Shown here: positions 1-12,789 of the stretch, in pieces | Layout: every line of letters starts with the position of its first letter | How positions within the stretch are numbered: the first letter of the stretch is position 1 | Assembly (NCBI RefSeq): GCF_001194135.2 | Contig: NC_068982.1 | Location: forward strand, 180,838,508 to 180,883,456 | Direction: 5' to 3' | Length of the DNA stretch: 44,949 nucleotides | DNA from: Octopus bimaculoides | Lineage: Eukaryota | Made by a program: the position numbers and the translations under genes | The notes under the pieces: generated by a model | Databases searched by the model: none | The model's input: only the letters and a program-made list of their open reading frames with translations | What the model was told of the DNA's origin: nothing

Positions 1-31
<31 letters not shown>

Positions 32-490
32 ACATATTTGCATAATTATATAAGTATTGTTATATGTTCCATATATGTGTGTGAATGTATATCTGTCTAT
101 GCTTACGTGTGTATGCGGGTTGTTTTCTTGCACAACTCTACATAATATGTAATATTGTTATTTGAAGTGATTAACGTAAATATAACTCAACAATTTGTCG
201 CCTAACTCGCTCAGTTGAATTAGATTATTCATTTTCAAAGAGTCATGATGTATATCTCAATACTATAGACTATAACTTCTAACAATATTCCTAATTGTAA
301 GATTTAATTGTTTTAGTAGTTCTATAATTCTTAAAGGATGAGTACTAGTGAAATAATGACAGCGGAAATTGTTCCAATACTATCATGATGGAATTTTTTT
401 TATAACATAATATATAAATATATAACATTATATATTCAATTTTTCTGTTTGAGCCAACAAAGGAGTATCCCAATCAATCTTATAGTATCT

Positions 491-830
491 TATGTGGGTG
501 TGCCCAAAACAAACCAGAGTTTTGCAATATTATTTTATTCACTTAGTTTTACATGTTTATTCTTTTGTCACCTTCAAAGCATTCTCCATTTCAAGCAATG
601 CATCGTTCCTGATGCGTTTTCCACTGTTTGAAGCAGTTCTGACACATTTGCGAAGTGATTCCCTTTAACGTCTCCGTCGTTGTTTTCTTCACCTCTTCCA
701 CATATGCAAATTCCGTAGCACTGGCTTTCGTTGCCAGTGATGACCTTCGGTAGAAGGTCCGAATCAACTCCCAGCTGTTTTCTCAGCTCACGATACACAT
801 TTTAGTCGTGACTGATTTTCACTGATTTTG
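491..830 (-). mobile_element. Internally deleted mariner transposase remnant with probable 3' terminal inverted repeat
   Basis: Minus ORF 574-798 reads ELRKQLGVDSDLLPKVITGNESQCYG (first catalytic Asp motif ITGDESW, decayed) joined to KGNHFANVSE (mariner C-terminal region). TIR-like TA|TGTGGGTGTGCCCAAAACAAACC starts at 491. Confidence 0.7.
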
Positions 831-924
831 ATATATAATGTTTCAAAGTTGTAAGATGAATGGACATAATTGCTTTTCTAGTGAAGAAGCTTGGCTCAAT
901 TCTAACATGTAACCTATTTAGGTG

Positions 925-1077
925 CTATGAAGTTTGTTTCCCAGTTACATGGTTTACGTTTAGTCCCACTGCGCGACAACTTGGCTAAGTGTCTTGTGTT
1001 TTCCGATCTACGTTCTGTGAGTGAATTTGGTAGACGGAAATTCACACACACGCACACATACATAAACATATATACAA

Positions 1078-1108
<31 letters not shown>

Positions 1109-1655
1109 TATGAATGTGTGTGTGTTTATGCGCGTGCGTGCGCGCGCAGTTTACTGTTTCCTTTAGGTAGGATCAACAAAAGTGTACTCAATTTAGTGAG
1201 GGATAAATGTAATTTAATGTACACTGTACTAATACTTTCTTGCCAATTTCAGGCTTTGAGCACACAAACTCTGACGAGTGCTTGAAAGCACATGGCACGT
1301 TATAAGAATCTGCCTAACCACGTGTTGCAATTGCAAGAATCTATTAGTAGCTCCTATATTGGTATAATGTACATTCACATATATATATGTGTGTGTGTGT
1401 GTGTGTATGTGTGTGTATGTGTGTGTGTGTGTGTGTCTGTGTGTGTCTGTGTGTCTGTGTATGTGTATCTTTATAGCTGCGTTTTGTCCCCCAACACCGC
1501 TTGACAACCGATGTTGTATTTACGTCCCCGGATTGTAGTTCTTCGGCAACAGAGACCGATAGAATTAATATCGTCTCGATCCATTCAACAAAAATTCTTC
1601 AAGGCGGTGTCTCCGTATGGACGTAGAATAATGACTGAAAGAAGTACAAGATAAA
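925..1655 (+). mobile_element. tRNA-derived SINE family 2, split by microsatellites and an insertion
   Basis: 5' part (925-1045) and 3' part (1450-1655, GTCCCCCAACACCGCTTGACAACCGATG...GAGACCGATAGAAT...AAGGCGGTG...ATGACTGAAA) align by eye with the copy at 34630-35355. Confidence 0.7.
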
Positions 1656-1867
1656 TGGCAAATAATAATAACCTCGTAAGTTTACTTGTTCCGAGAAATG
1701 AAGACTAACGTTTCAAGTACATGTTCTTCATCACAACATGACGTAGGACAATGAAAAAATAGAAAGTAAAAGAGTGATCAAAGAGTGTAGGAGAAAGAGA
1801 GAGAAAAACAAGGCAAACGAGAAAGTTAATTATTATTTTTTTTTTAGTGGTAAAATATTGATTCCAA

Positions 1868-2052
1868 ATTTTGACAGCAGGCCAGCAATTTTCGGAAGCG
1901 GGTAAATTGATTACATCGACCCCAACACTCAACTGGTTATTATTTTATCGACCTTCAAATGATGGATGGCAATGTGGACGTCGGTGGAATGTGAAGACGG
2001 AGGAAATAGTTCTAAACATTTCACCCGGAGTGGTAACGATTCCTCCAACGAA
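1868..2052 (-). mobile_element. tRNA-derived SINE family 1, diverged copy
   Basis: Shares ATTACATCGACCCC...AACTGG..ATT.TTTTATCGACC and CTAAACATTTCACCCGG.GTGGT.ACG blocks with the copies at 4000-4228 and 41180-41350. Confidence 0.65.
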
Positions 2053-2288
2053 CAACCTTTTTTGGTGGTAATATAGTAAAATATCAAAAGAGAGATGGAA
2101 GTGATCGGTCAAGTGTTTGATGACACGAGAATACGAAAGACACAATGAAGCAAAAGAATTAAATCACTCTGAAGGTGTGGATATAGGGGACATACGAAGT
2201 AAGGACGAGAAATGAAAGGCAGGTTGAATGGAGATTTAGAGAACAATCATATTCAAAATCCAAGAAAGAAATCAGGAAATAAGAGAGG

Positions 2289-2340
2289 AAATCGAGCTAT
2301 TAACAGAAGAGAAAATCGAGCTATTAACAGAAGAGAAAAT
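2289..2340 (+). repeat. Perfect 24-bp tandem duplication
   Basis: AAATCGAGCTATTAACAGAAGAGA at 2289-2312 and 2313-2336, followed by a partial AAAT. Confidence 0.95.
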
Positions 2341-3082
2341 TGACGCATGGACAAATTACGACGGATGAAGAAATTTAATAGGAAATAGAGGCACAAATCC
2401 TTAGAGTTAGTATCGAATTTAGACAAAAAAAATTAGCTCTCCGACAGATACAGATACACACACGAACGTGCATCAACATAAACACACACACACACACACA
2501 CACTCACAGACACATACACAAATCCACACACACTGCACCACAAAGCGCACTCAAAGACATAGGTATATGTGAACGAATGTTCGTATATAGATATATATCA
2601 TCCAGAAGAAAAGCTAAATCCCATGTAAAATAAAACGCTTGTATTTAATCCACTGCTTAAACACACGAAAAATAATAAAGAAACAGCAAATAGGTCGGTT
2701 TTATATTCGCATAATTAATTACATATGAATTTAAATTGTACTTCGAATTACATGACCGTTTTTTTTTTTATAACTGCATAAAATTCACACATGCAAAGCA
2801 TAATTATTTGCACAGCAGCTTTAGAGTTCTATTATATAAAGAAGCTCAGCAGTGTATAAGTATGCTGAATATATNNNNNNNNNNNNNNNNNNNNNNNNNN
2901 NNNNNNNNNNNNNNNNNNNNNNNNNNNNNNNNNNNNNNNNNNNNNNNNNNNNNNNNNNNNNNNNNNNNNNNNNNNNNNNNNNNNNNNNNNNNNNNNNNNN
3001 NNNNNNNNNNNNNNNNNNNNNNNNNNNNNNNNNNNNNNNNNNNNNNNNNNNNNNNNNNNNNNNNNNNNNNNNNNNNNNNNNN

Positions 3083-3129
<47 letters not shown>

Positions 3130-3999
3130 ATATATATAGTAGTAACAGAGAAAGAGGAATTTTGATTATCCCTACGTGGTAAGTTATAACATATGTATGT
3201 ATGCATTATGTATGTATGCTTGTATGCATGTATGTGTGTATGCATATATGTATATATGTATACACATACATATATAGGTACGTTTATATACCATACATCC
3301 CTACACGCACAAACACATACACCCTTGTATACATGCATACACACACACGTGTGAGAAAGGGGAAATAAATCAATTGATCAACTGGCATGAATTTAGATGT
3401 ACTAAGTGGCGTGTAATATCTTCGTAATAAATTCAAATTTGCATCTTAGTAGGAGAATGAAAAATTGACATAACGCTACGTGGAGATAATTAAATGTATT
3501 ATTAATTCGACAGAAAATTATTCATTTTCAAGTTAAAAGAAAATCGTATATTTGTTACAAGGCAAGATGACAGTTGCACACATATTTCCCTCGTTATTAT
3601 ATATGGTTATTGATATATAGTATTTCAAACTTGTAAGATCAATGGGCATAATTATTTTTCTAGTAAAGAAGCTACGTACAATTTCAACATTATATATTGA
3701 GAGCATAAGCTTACGTACACGTACAGAGGAAGCATACAAAATTATATCTACAGACAAGCATATGTCCGTTTACAAGTATAAATGGGCATTCATAGACAAT
3801 GAAAACATTAACGCATTGTTACTTATTGCTTCTTGATAGATAATATCCAATACAATATCGTGAGTTATAAGAGCAACGACATTTCACAAATAAATATTTC
3901 CATACGTATATTCGTTCCATCATGCAAGCAGACAAACCTTTATGTGCACGGTCGCGTTTGCACGTGTGCGAGCATGTGTTTTTATGTTCTTGTGTGTGT

Positions 4000-4228
4000 T
4001 ATTTCTTTACTACCCACACGGGGCTACACACAGAGGGGACAAACAAAGACAGACAAACGGATTAAGTCGATTATATCGACCCCAGTGCGTAACTGGTACT
4101 TATTTAATCGACCCCGAAAGGATGAAAGGCGAAGTCAACCTCGGCGGAATTTGAACTCAGAACGTAAAGGCAGACGAAATACCGCTAAGCATTTCGCCCG
4201 GCGTGGTTACGTTTCTGCCAGCTCGCCG
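4000..4228 (-). mobile_element. tRNA-derived SINE family 1, well-preserved copy
   Basis: Minus strand begins GGCGAGCTGGCAGAAACG (Pol III A-box-like) and has GAGTTCAAATTCC (B-box). Two further copies in the window. Confidence 0.85.
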
Positions 4229-4229
4229 T

Positions 4230-4304
4230 TCTTGTGTGTGTGTTTGTGTATGTGTGTGTGTGTGTGTTTGTGTGTATGTGTGTGTGTGTGCGTGCGTGAA
4301 GCGC

Positions 4305-4362
<58 letters not shown>
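4230..4362. repeat. Compound (GT)n/(GA)n microsatellite
   Basis: Directly visible GT run followed by a long GA run. Confidence 0.95.
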
Positions 4363-4366
<4 letters not shown>

Positions 4367-4479
4367 GACATACAGAAGGGAAGAATGAAAAGGTGGGTCT
4401 GTCTTAATCTTTTTATCGACTGCAAAAGGAGAAATCCAAACGTTCTACGGAATTTGAGTTAAGGGAACAGAGATCCCCA

Positions 4480-5150
4480 AAGAATACACCGGACAACCTA
4501 TCTGAACCACTGACGACGGCATCAAACTACCGCCTTTCATGCATATATATTGGCGTGAATTTTCGTGTCCCTTAGATTTGCTAAAGTTACAGGTATCATT
4601 ACCAAAGTCGTTGATTCTCACAACTTACAAAACCATCGCAGTGGCTAGATTAGCTTCTGTTAGGAGTTTTTCTCATCAGGGGTGAATAAAAGCATGCCGT
4701 GTTTGTGAGTCTTTACAACGTTATTAAGAACCCGGTTGGCATGGATAAAAAGATTTTCCTGTACTTGCAGACGTGAATTGACCCCTTCTCTTACATATAT
4801 ATGACTTGTGGAGAATGTTCTTATTCACCAAAATTCCGATCGTTTACCCCAAAACCTGACGCTGTTTGGCGATTGTCCTCATTAATTTCTCACTATCTCC
4901 ATTAATAATGTCCTGAATCCGTTGGATAAATCGAGATGCCCTCACTGTGTTCGAACATTTCGAATATTTTCTGCGCCAGTAGTTTCCAATCCTATCTCAA
5001 CTTTATGTACAGAAACCTGACAACATTTAGAACTTTAGCAATTTATAAACTGACGCGTTCCACCCGTAGAGCAACGGTGACTGCGTGTCCTTTCATTCGT
5101 CATGTTAGGAATTAATAAGGCTAAGTGAGTCTGCAAGAAATAAAAAATAT
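4480..5150 (-). mobile_element. Degenerate Tc1/mariner-superfamily transposase, N-terminal half (maT/DD37D-like)
   Basis: Frameshifted minus-strand translation gives MKGHAVTVALRVER...IAKVLNV, an HTH-like region, then FTPDEKNS (FSDEKNF catalytic motif) and a GHENS remnant of GHVMPP. Confidence 0.65.
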
Positions 5151-5325
5151 TTTAACTGTTTAAAGAGAGTAATACATTTTTCACTTGTATCTACTATAAT
5201 GCTATATGTTGAACTTAAAAGTCCAATTGACTTAATGATATGTTGAACTTAAAGGGCCAATTGACCTGCTGCAGATTACCGTGCTTTATGTTGCCATTTT
5301 TTGATATTTCCCACCAGTGATAATT

Positions 5326-5362
5326 ACTATAGGAGAGCAAAACGCGTTTGCTCTCCTATAGT
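5326..5362. repeat. Perfect inverted repeat, 16-bp stem and 5-nt loop
   Basis: ACTATAGGAGAGCAAA (5326-5341) - ACGCG - TTTGCTCTCCTATAGT (5347-5362). Confidence 0.95.
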
Positions 5363-7078
5363 CCGAGCGGAGGCAACAGTGGACAGATATGAGCTTTTTA
5401 CCTATTTAATATCAGAGATTTTTTTCTCTACGGAAACTGCAATGAATTTGGGGTTATTTTTCCAAATGCCTCTGCTGTGGCGCGTCAAATTCCGGATATA
5501 TATATATATATATATANNNNNNNNNNNNNNNNNNNNNNNNNNNNNNNNNNNNNNNNNNNNNNNNNNNNNNNNNNNNNNNNNNNNNNNNNNNNNNNNNNNN
5601 NNNNNNNNNNNNNNNNNNNNNNNNNNNNNNNNNNNNNNNNNNNNNNNNNNNNNNNNNNNNNNNNNNNNNNNNNNNNNNNNNNNNNNNNNNNNNNNNNNNN
5701 NNNNNNNNNNNNNNNNNNNNNNNNNNNNNNNNNNNNNNNNNNNNNNNNNNNNNNNNNNNNNNNNNNNNNNNNNNNNNNNNNNNNNNNNNNNNNNNNNNNN
5801 NNNNNNNNNNNNNNNNNNNNNNNNNNNNNNNNNNNNNNNNNNNNNNNNNNNNNNNNNNNNNNNNNNNNNNNNNNNNNNNNNNNNNNNNNNNNNNNNNNNN
5901 NNNNNNNNNNNNNNNNNNNNNNNNNNNNNNNNNNNNNNNNNNNNNNNNNNNNNNNNNNNNNNNNNNNNNNNNNNNNNNNNNNNNNNNNNNNNNNNNNNNN
6001 NNNNNNNNNNNNNNNNNNNNNNNNNNNNNNNNNNNNNNNNNNNNNNNNNNNNNNNNNNNNNNNNNNNNNNNNNNNNNNNNNNNNNNNNNNNNNNNNNNNN
6101 NNNNNNNNNNNNNNNNNNNNNNNNNNNNNNNNNNNNNNNNNNNNNNNNNNNNNNNTATATATATATACTTACATAAAATATATACATTCGATATGTATAT
6201 GATAGTTATGAAGTAATACAGCATTCTTTTCTCTCACGTAAAAAAAAACATCGTCTATTTTTCGTTAGACATTGTCGTTCCTAAATTATAAGAAGAAACC
6301 ACTGAGTTCAAATCATGTTCAAGCTGAAAAGAAACATTTCCGGTCCAAATTGAAACAGAAAACAATATCGCTAATCCTCAATATGTATTTTAAAAGCAGC
6401 AGTAAACTATCTAGTAAACACACATCGGTGTCAGTACTGAAGATGAACAGTTTTGTAAAGAAAAATCGATTACTCATTTGAGAATTTTGTATAATTAATC
6501 TTGATAATAAATGAAAAACGCTGGACACTTCACAGAAATTTAGTATTGTAGTTAAAATAATTAAAAATATAATTTATCTACTCATTGAAAACTTGCATTA
6601 AAATTTCAAGAAATGAATACTTCACACAAATTCAAACAGACACATGTACACACTCACACACCCACACATAAACTGAGACACACATACAAGCATAAACACG
6701 CAATAACACAAGCACACACACACACACACACACATACACACACAACTTTACACATCGAAGACGAAAAAATTACTACTATGTTTATTGCACCAAATGCCTT
6801 CAGATATTTACTCTCATGCGCATATATTAATGATGTGGAAACAGTATGCAATGATATATTTAAATATATCGCGCCCAACGCACAACTACACATTCAAAAA
6901 TTTCAACTGCTACACAGAAACATACACACAAACACACACATACAAATACACACTCTCACACACATATACACACGTATGCACCAGAATAGATTTAATTCAC
7001 ACACACGCACACACATATATAGGTACTTACATATACATCAGTATAGATTTATTTCATATATGTGTGTGTGTGCGTGCG

Positions 7079-7129
<51 letters not shown>

Positions 7130-8194
7130 CATNNNNNNNNNNNNNNNNNNNNNNNNNNNNNNNNNNNNNNNNNNNNNNNNNNNNNNNNNNNNNNNNNNNN
7201 NNNNNNNNNNNNNNNNNNNNNNNNNNNNNNNNNNNNNNNNNNNNNNNNNNNNNNNNNNNNNNNNNNNNNNNNNNNNNNNNNNNNNNNNNNNNNNNNNNNN
7301 NNNNNNNNNNNNNNNNNNNNNNNNNNNNNNNNNNNNNNNNNNNNNNNNNNNNNNNNNNNNNNNNNNNNNNNNNNNNNNNNNNNNNNNNNNNNNNNNNNNN
7401 TATACATACATACATTCATACATGCATACATGCATACATACACACACACGCACACACACACACATACACACGCACACACGCACACATACACAGACGTATA
7501 TATATACCTTTCATGTGAATTTTCTTCAAAGTCTTTTAAAAAAGACTTGCTTACATTTCTTGTCCTATAGTTTTTATCCACATACTCTATTGACCACATT
7601 TCTTTATACCAAATAAAAATTATTTCTTTTTTTATAACAGGATATATCCTTCATCTTTTCTCAAAATTCTGCATATTTTTATTGGATGAAATATATAAAA
7701 ACATATAACTAACCAGAATGTAAGGTAAAGGAAAAAAATTGGCAAATATTATTTGAATGAATGCCATGAAGAGAGATCAAAGAATATCACATAACATTGT
7801 GTAATATATGTAAACGTTAAAGGCTTTCAAAATCCAAATAAATGAAATGGCAGTGTGAACTAGCTGCCATCATACCGTCGTTTTTCTTATGGTTGTTGTT
7901 CAGAGCTCTATATTATATGATGGCAAAATGAGTCTTCTACTATGCAAATATATTCTTATATGAGAAAGCTGTTTCACTTAAGTGAAACTTAATTTCTTGA
8001 TATAGTGTCTCTTAAAATCATTCCTGATATTTTCTGTATTTAAAACTGCAACAAGTTGTTCTTTGTTTATCAACATAAAACAAACATTTACATTCTAGAT
8101 CACAGCATCACATCTCAGCACAAGCAGTTTCTTTATGTTACAGGCTAAGTTAAGAATGTCTGAATTTCAGTATTAAGCAGTTCGTGTATGCGGT

Positions 8195-8335
8195 GGCCAG
8201 GGTGCTGATAAATTCCTGGTTTTCGGTAAAAGGAAACGCATTTGTATCAATTAATAATGATTTTATTCAATATATTCCCCTTTCAGATTCACACTTATTG
8301 CAGTGGTCCTTCAGATTTTTCTAAACCCTGCTAAA
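8195..8335 (-). mobile_element. Mariner 3' end fragment with TIR-like terminus
   Basis: Minus strand encodes QGLEK/LKDHCNK..NLKGEYIE* (mariner C-terminus KCIELKGEYIE type, frameshifted). CCAGGGTGCTGATAAATTCCTGGTTTT near 8196 resembles a mariner TIR. Confidence 0.6.
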
Positions 8336-8848
8336 CAACACAGAAGGGTGAGCAACCAACCAGGCCATTCGCGATACTCTGAAAACCATTTGCAACACCC
8401 ACTTCACACAGATGCTTCATTTCTACAAGGTTTCTATCCTCTTAACAATATCAGAGTTTTGTAACCTTGTAGCATAAGTTCATAATATTTGAATATAGAA
8501 TATCAACATAAAGGTCATGAAGATATATATCAAACACTTCAAATGTCTAACCATGTAGTAAATTCCCCTTGTTAATGAATACGAACAATATATGTTTGAA
8601 AAAGTGAATGAGCTTCCTCCATAACATTTCAGTATTTATTGTAATTGAATGAATTAAACATTTTTAACAAGTTCTGATTTTTCTAGTACATTAGCATTTA
8701 CTAAAGTGCTAAAGGTTTTAGTGACCGTTTCTCCAGTGCATATAGATCTAACCGACAAAGATAACGAAAGCACACCTTCTTTTGCTACATACATACGTAT
8801 GTATGTATGTATGTATGTATGTATGTATGTATGTATGTATACATACAT

Positions 8849-8884
<36 letters not shown>

Positions 8885-8889
<5 letters not shown>

Positions 8890-9161
8890 AACAATATATG
8901 AGTATATGCATATATATGTACATGTATGTATATACGTTCATCTACATGTACATATAGATACATAACTGGGTACATGACGTGGCAAAAGAACAAGGACAAA
9001 ATGGTAAACTAGGTGCAACAAACAAGCAGGCCACATAGAAAATTCCCCTTCATCAGCTGCCACCATTAAACCTCCGGCGTTTCGAAGAATTAAGGCAGTA
9101 CGCATCGTTAAAATGGTTCTTCCCACGAACACAAATTAAATTGTTTTCGTGGAGGGTAGTG
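8885..9161 (-). repeat. Dispersed PLE-tail-like repeat family B, copy 1
   Basis: GGGTACATGA...GGACAAAATG.TAAAC.AGGT.CAA...AGGCCACATAGA.AA...TTCATCAGCTGCCACCATTA...GGCGTTT.GA.GA.TTA.GGCAG.ACGCATCGTTAAAATG recurs at 30590-30790 and inverted at 38765-38930. Confidence 0.85.
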
Positions 9162-9739
9162 NNNNNNNNNNNNNNNNNNNNNNNNNNNNNNNNNNNNNNN
9201 NNNNNNNNNNNNNNNNNNNNNNNNNNNNNNNNNNNNNNNNNNNNNNNNNNNNNNNNNNNNNNNNNNNNNNNNNNNNNNNNNNNNNNNNNNNNNNNNNNNN
9301 NNNNNNNNNNNNNNNNNNNNNNNNNNNNNNNNNNNNNNNNNNNNNNNNNNNNNNNNNNNNNNNNNNNNNNNNNNNNNNNNNNNNNNNNNNNNNNNNNNNN
9401 NNNNNNNNNNNNNNNNNNNNNNNNNNNNNNNNNNNNNNNNNNNNNNNNNNNNNNNNNNNNNNNNNNNNNNNNNNNNNNNNNNNNNATATATATATATATA
9501 TATATATACATATATGTATACATATAGATACATATGTACTATGAGTGTGCGTTTGTGTGTAAATATATGCACATAGATGCATATATATATACACACGCAT
9601 ACACACACAAACGCGAAGCCTCAAAGTGACCAGCGTTTTAATTTTTCCTTGGATATCAAAATAAAAAATAGGACATTTACCATTAATTGAAAAATATAGT
9701 CACACAAACACACACATCCACAAACCAAGATAACAATAG

Positions 9740-11000
9740 ACCCTGGCACTTAGTACTAATGTACCATCCACATTTTTATATTTAGGAATCAAAACTGAAT
9801 TAGACTGTTCCTGCAAAAAGAAACTCTTCAAACGCGAAGCCAATACAAACCAAAAGTGCTTTTCTAAAAGCTAAACTATATCTTATATACATTTCTCGCC
9901 ACTATCTCCACAAACTACCCCTTTAATATACACAAACACTTATATTACAGGTTTCTTTCAAACAGTTAAAGTAGAAATTATCTAAAAGTTCTCAAGTAAT
10001 ATACCCATAATATTTCTAATATACATACATATATATACATGCACACACACAAACACACATAAATACACACATGTATACATAAATACATGCGCATACATAT
10101 TTGCAATGATGCTCGAGGATGTTCTTAGCTTAAAATGTTTTGTACGCATATTTTAATACATATAAGAATATGCACATATGTTTATATTTCACCACATTTG
10201 CGTTTATCCATTGGTCCAAAATAATACATCACAAGCATGAATACTAAAAGCCATGCATGAAACCAAATAAGTAAAATGCTTAAAAGCATAATTCAAAAAC
10301 TTAACCTCCCAAAAGCACAAATGATAAAGTTTGCAGTTAGTACTCAAATAGTATCATCTATAGTTAACTCCTCGTGAGAAATCTGTTGACAAAATAAAAT
10401 TTCCAGCTACTTTCACTTCTGTGTGAATCTTAAAGCCCATGATTAACAAATTTCTATACTGAAGACCCTATGCCCTAAATCTTATACATCTAAATAAACA
10501 TACCAAATCACTAAGTCGTACATACATGATGAAATTCTGAAAAATAATCTCAACCTTCCAAAAAGAAATAGATTAAATCTCTAAAATAACACCAACAAAG
10601 AAATCGTCTGACCAACCAACCTTTCCAACTGCTTCAATTCTTTTGTATCATTAACATCTCTATGACCGAAAGCTGACATTCCTAAACAAACACACCTAAT
10701 TAGAAAGTTCCACATGCTGTGCTGAACTCGAACAATAGCCTCCACCTTGCCAAAGTCAAACAGATTTAATCTGCCATAAGGGATCAACAAAATCCCACAG
10801 CAACGAGACTTTATTCCAGATCTTAGCAAGTTACATTTCCACCTATCTACATTTCTTTGTGAACTCTAAAACACATGTAATCGGATATACCTGATTACAA
10901 ATTTTAAGCGGTGAGTGGATTCCAAATAAAAACACGTCTCTATATTTTATCAATAAAATTCTTCAATTGTATTGTTTAATCAAAACCTATCCTTCAACAT
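9740..11000 (-). mobile_element. Possible highly decayed L1/Tx1-like LINE 3' part
   Basis: Minus ORF 10581-10829 contains LIPYGRLNLFDFGKVEAIVRVQ, resembling the post-RT QPxxxGGLNLxDxxxKxxA segment of L1/Tx1 ORF2. Flanks are too decayed to confirm. Confidence 0.4.
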
Positions 11001-12789
11001 AATTTTCCTTCAATAGAGCCCCACCTACCGTGGAACATTTACCTTACGTGAGATTATATAAATCCAAAATAGAATCAAATGTACCACAATCTAATGAAGG
11101 CTAAGGAGGCTGAAATTACTACATCACCGTCAAAACTATCCCTGTTAAAGAGCAATAAATGCTTATTCTAAAAATATTATTGAGTATTCCTTCAATTTAA
11201 GGTTAAATTATTATTTATTATAACTCAACGTAAAATTAAATATTGATACACACACACACAAACATATGAATTACTCAACCCCATTGTTTTCAGTATAATC
11301 TCATTTGTATCTGTAAAGCATGTCTAAAAATTTGTATCAAAGTTCACTACCAATGCTCGAACTCAGTCTCCAAGTGTTCTGTTATAGTATGCATCTCGAC
11401 ATGAACAGTAGCACATGAAAGCTTTGAACAAAAACAAACTTGAAAACAATCTGTCGAAACCTATGCGATATCTTTTAACCTCTTTTCTACATGAGAGTCG
11501 AAATTGGAAATTGACATGAAAGCAATGGAACTCGGAAAAAAGTATCAGCGAAGTGTTAAAAAATTAAAACATGTATGCATGCCGCCCATAAATCAAAATT
11601 GTCTAACTGAAATCATCATCAAATGTGGAGGAAAGAAATAATCGATTACTTTTCTTGAGAACAGGAAAATGTGTGAAAGGAAGGCGAGTAAACGGATTAA
11701 GTGTTAAAATATTCAGTATTTTAATCTCCGTGTTTCATTTTCCATGAATACGTCTTGCAATATGTTTCAGTGTTGTTTCTCAAAACCTGAATATACCTTA
11801 CTCACTCTTTTATTCAACTTTTATGAGATTGTGATTTAATACTCACTGTACAAAATATGTAACCTTGCAAAGTCTATGAGCCTTTGAGTGATTAAACCAG
11901 TTAATTTTTGATTTAATTACAATCAACTTCCTCATCATTTTCTAAATCAAATCAAACAAGTAGGAGGGACATGGTATCTGTATGTTGTTTTTATGCTTGT
12001 ACACACACACATACGCACACACATATGAGGTTTGAATTATCTTATTTTTTCAGTAATATCAAACGGCGCCTGTTCGTCATTAAAGATTAGGTGTGGGTAC
12101 TAAATGCTATATTTAAAGATAGCTTTAAGGTCCTATATTTTGTGTTCATTATTTATTCGACATTAAACTAACACCCGCTTCCTTCCTGATTGAGTTAAAC
12201 ACCAGATGTTAGCAAACTTAAACGAAATCAATTACTTTTATTTTCTAGTAGAAAATAAAAAAGAAAACGTTGATCATTTGATAAACTGGGGGCTGTGTAT
12301 TTCAGAAAAAAAAAGTTAATTGCAACCTGACAATTAATTTGTAGTAATTGCTAGTTAGGAAACAAGATTTTGTGGTAAAATATTTCCTATAAAAAGGGAC
12401 TGTTCAAAAGTGATATATGTCATTTAAATTAATTTTATTTAAGTGAAAATTGAATAATTGTATCTTAATATTTATAATTTGAATTAAATGCTTTTATATG
12501 TAATATTAGCATGTTTAAGACCGTAAATTCTACAAGACTCACTGACATCATAGACTTCTACTGTTGGGTATTCTGCAAAGGAGAAAATGGTTTGAAGACT
12601 GAATCTAATTTCAGTTCATGTTGGTGAAAACTAGGCGTCTGTATTTTGAAGACCTTTGCAACTTCAATACTGTTTGTAGGATTTGATGGTATATGTGTGA
12701 ACTTAATAAAAATATGCCGTTGATCATTATAATTACAAAACTAATTGTGCTTTATATTTCCAAATCTCAGGTGATAAGATTTGGATAGG

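Noticed and set aside
6745-6910. Non-repetitive island with IAPNA occurring twice in translation
   Set aside because: No family motif or splice sites; embedded in CA microsatellite.
7971-7988. Perfect 18-bp palindrome GTTTCACTTAAGTGAAAC
   Set aside because: Single, AT-rich and without context; could be chance or a small repair footprint.
8276-8460. Apparent + strand exon after CCCTTTCAG with an LHTDAS motif
   Set aside because: The acceptor-like sequence is the reverse complement of a mariner C-terminus, and there is no convincing donor.
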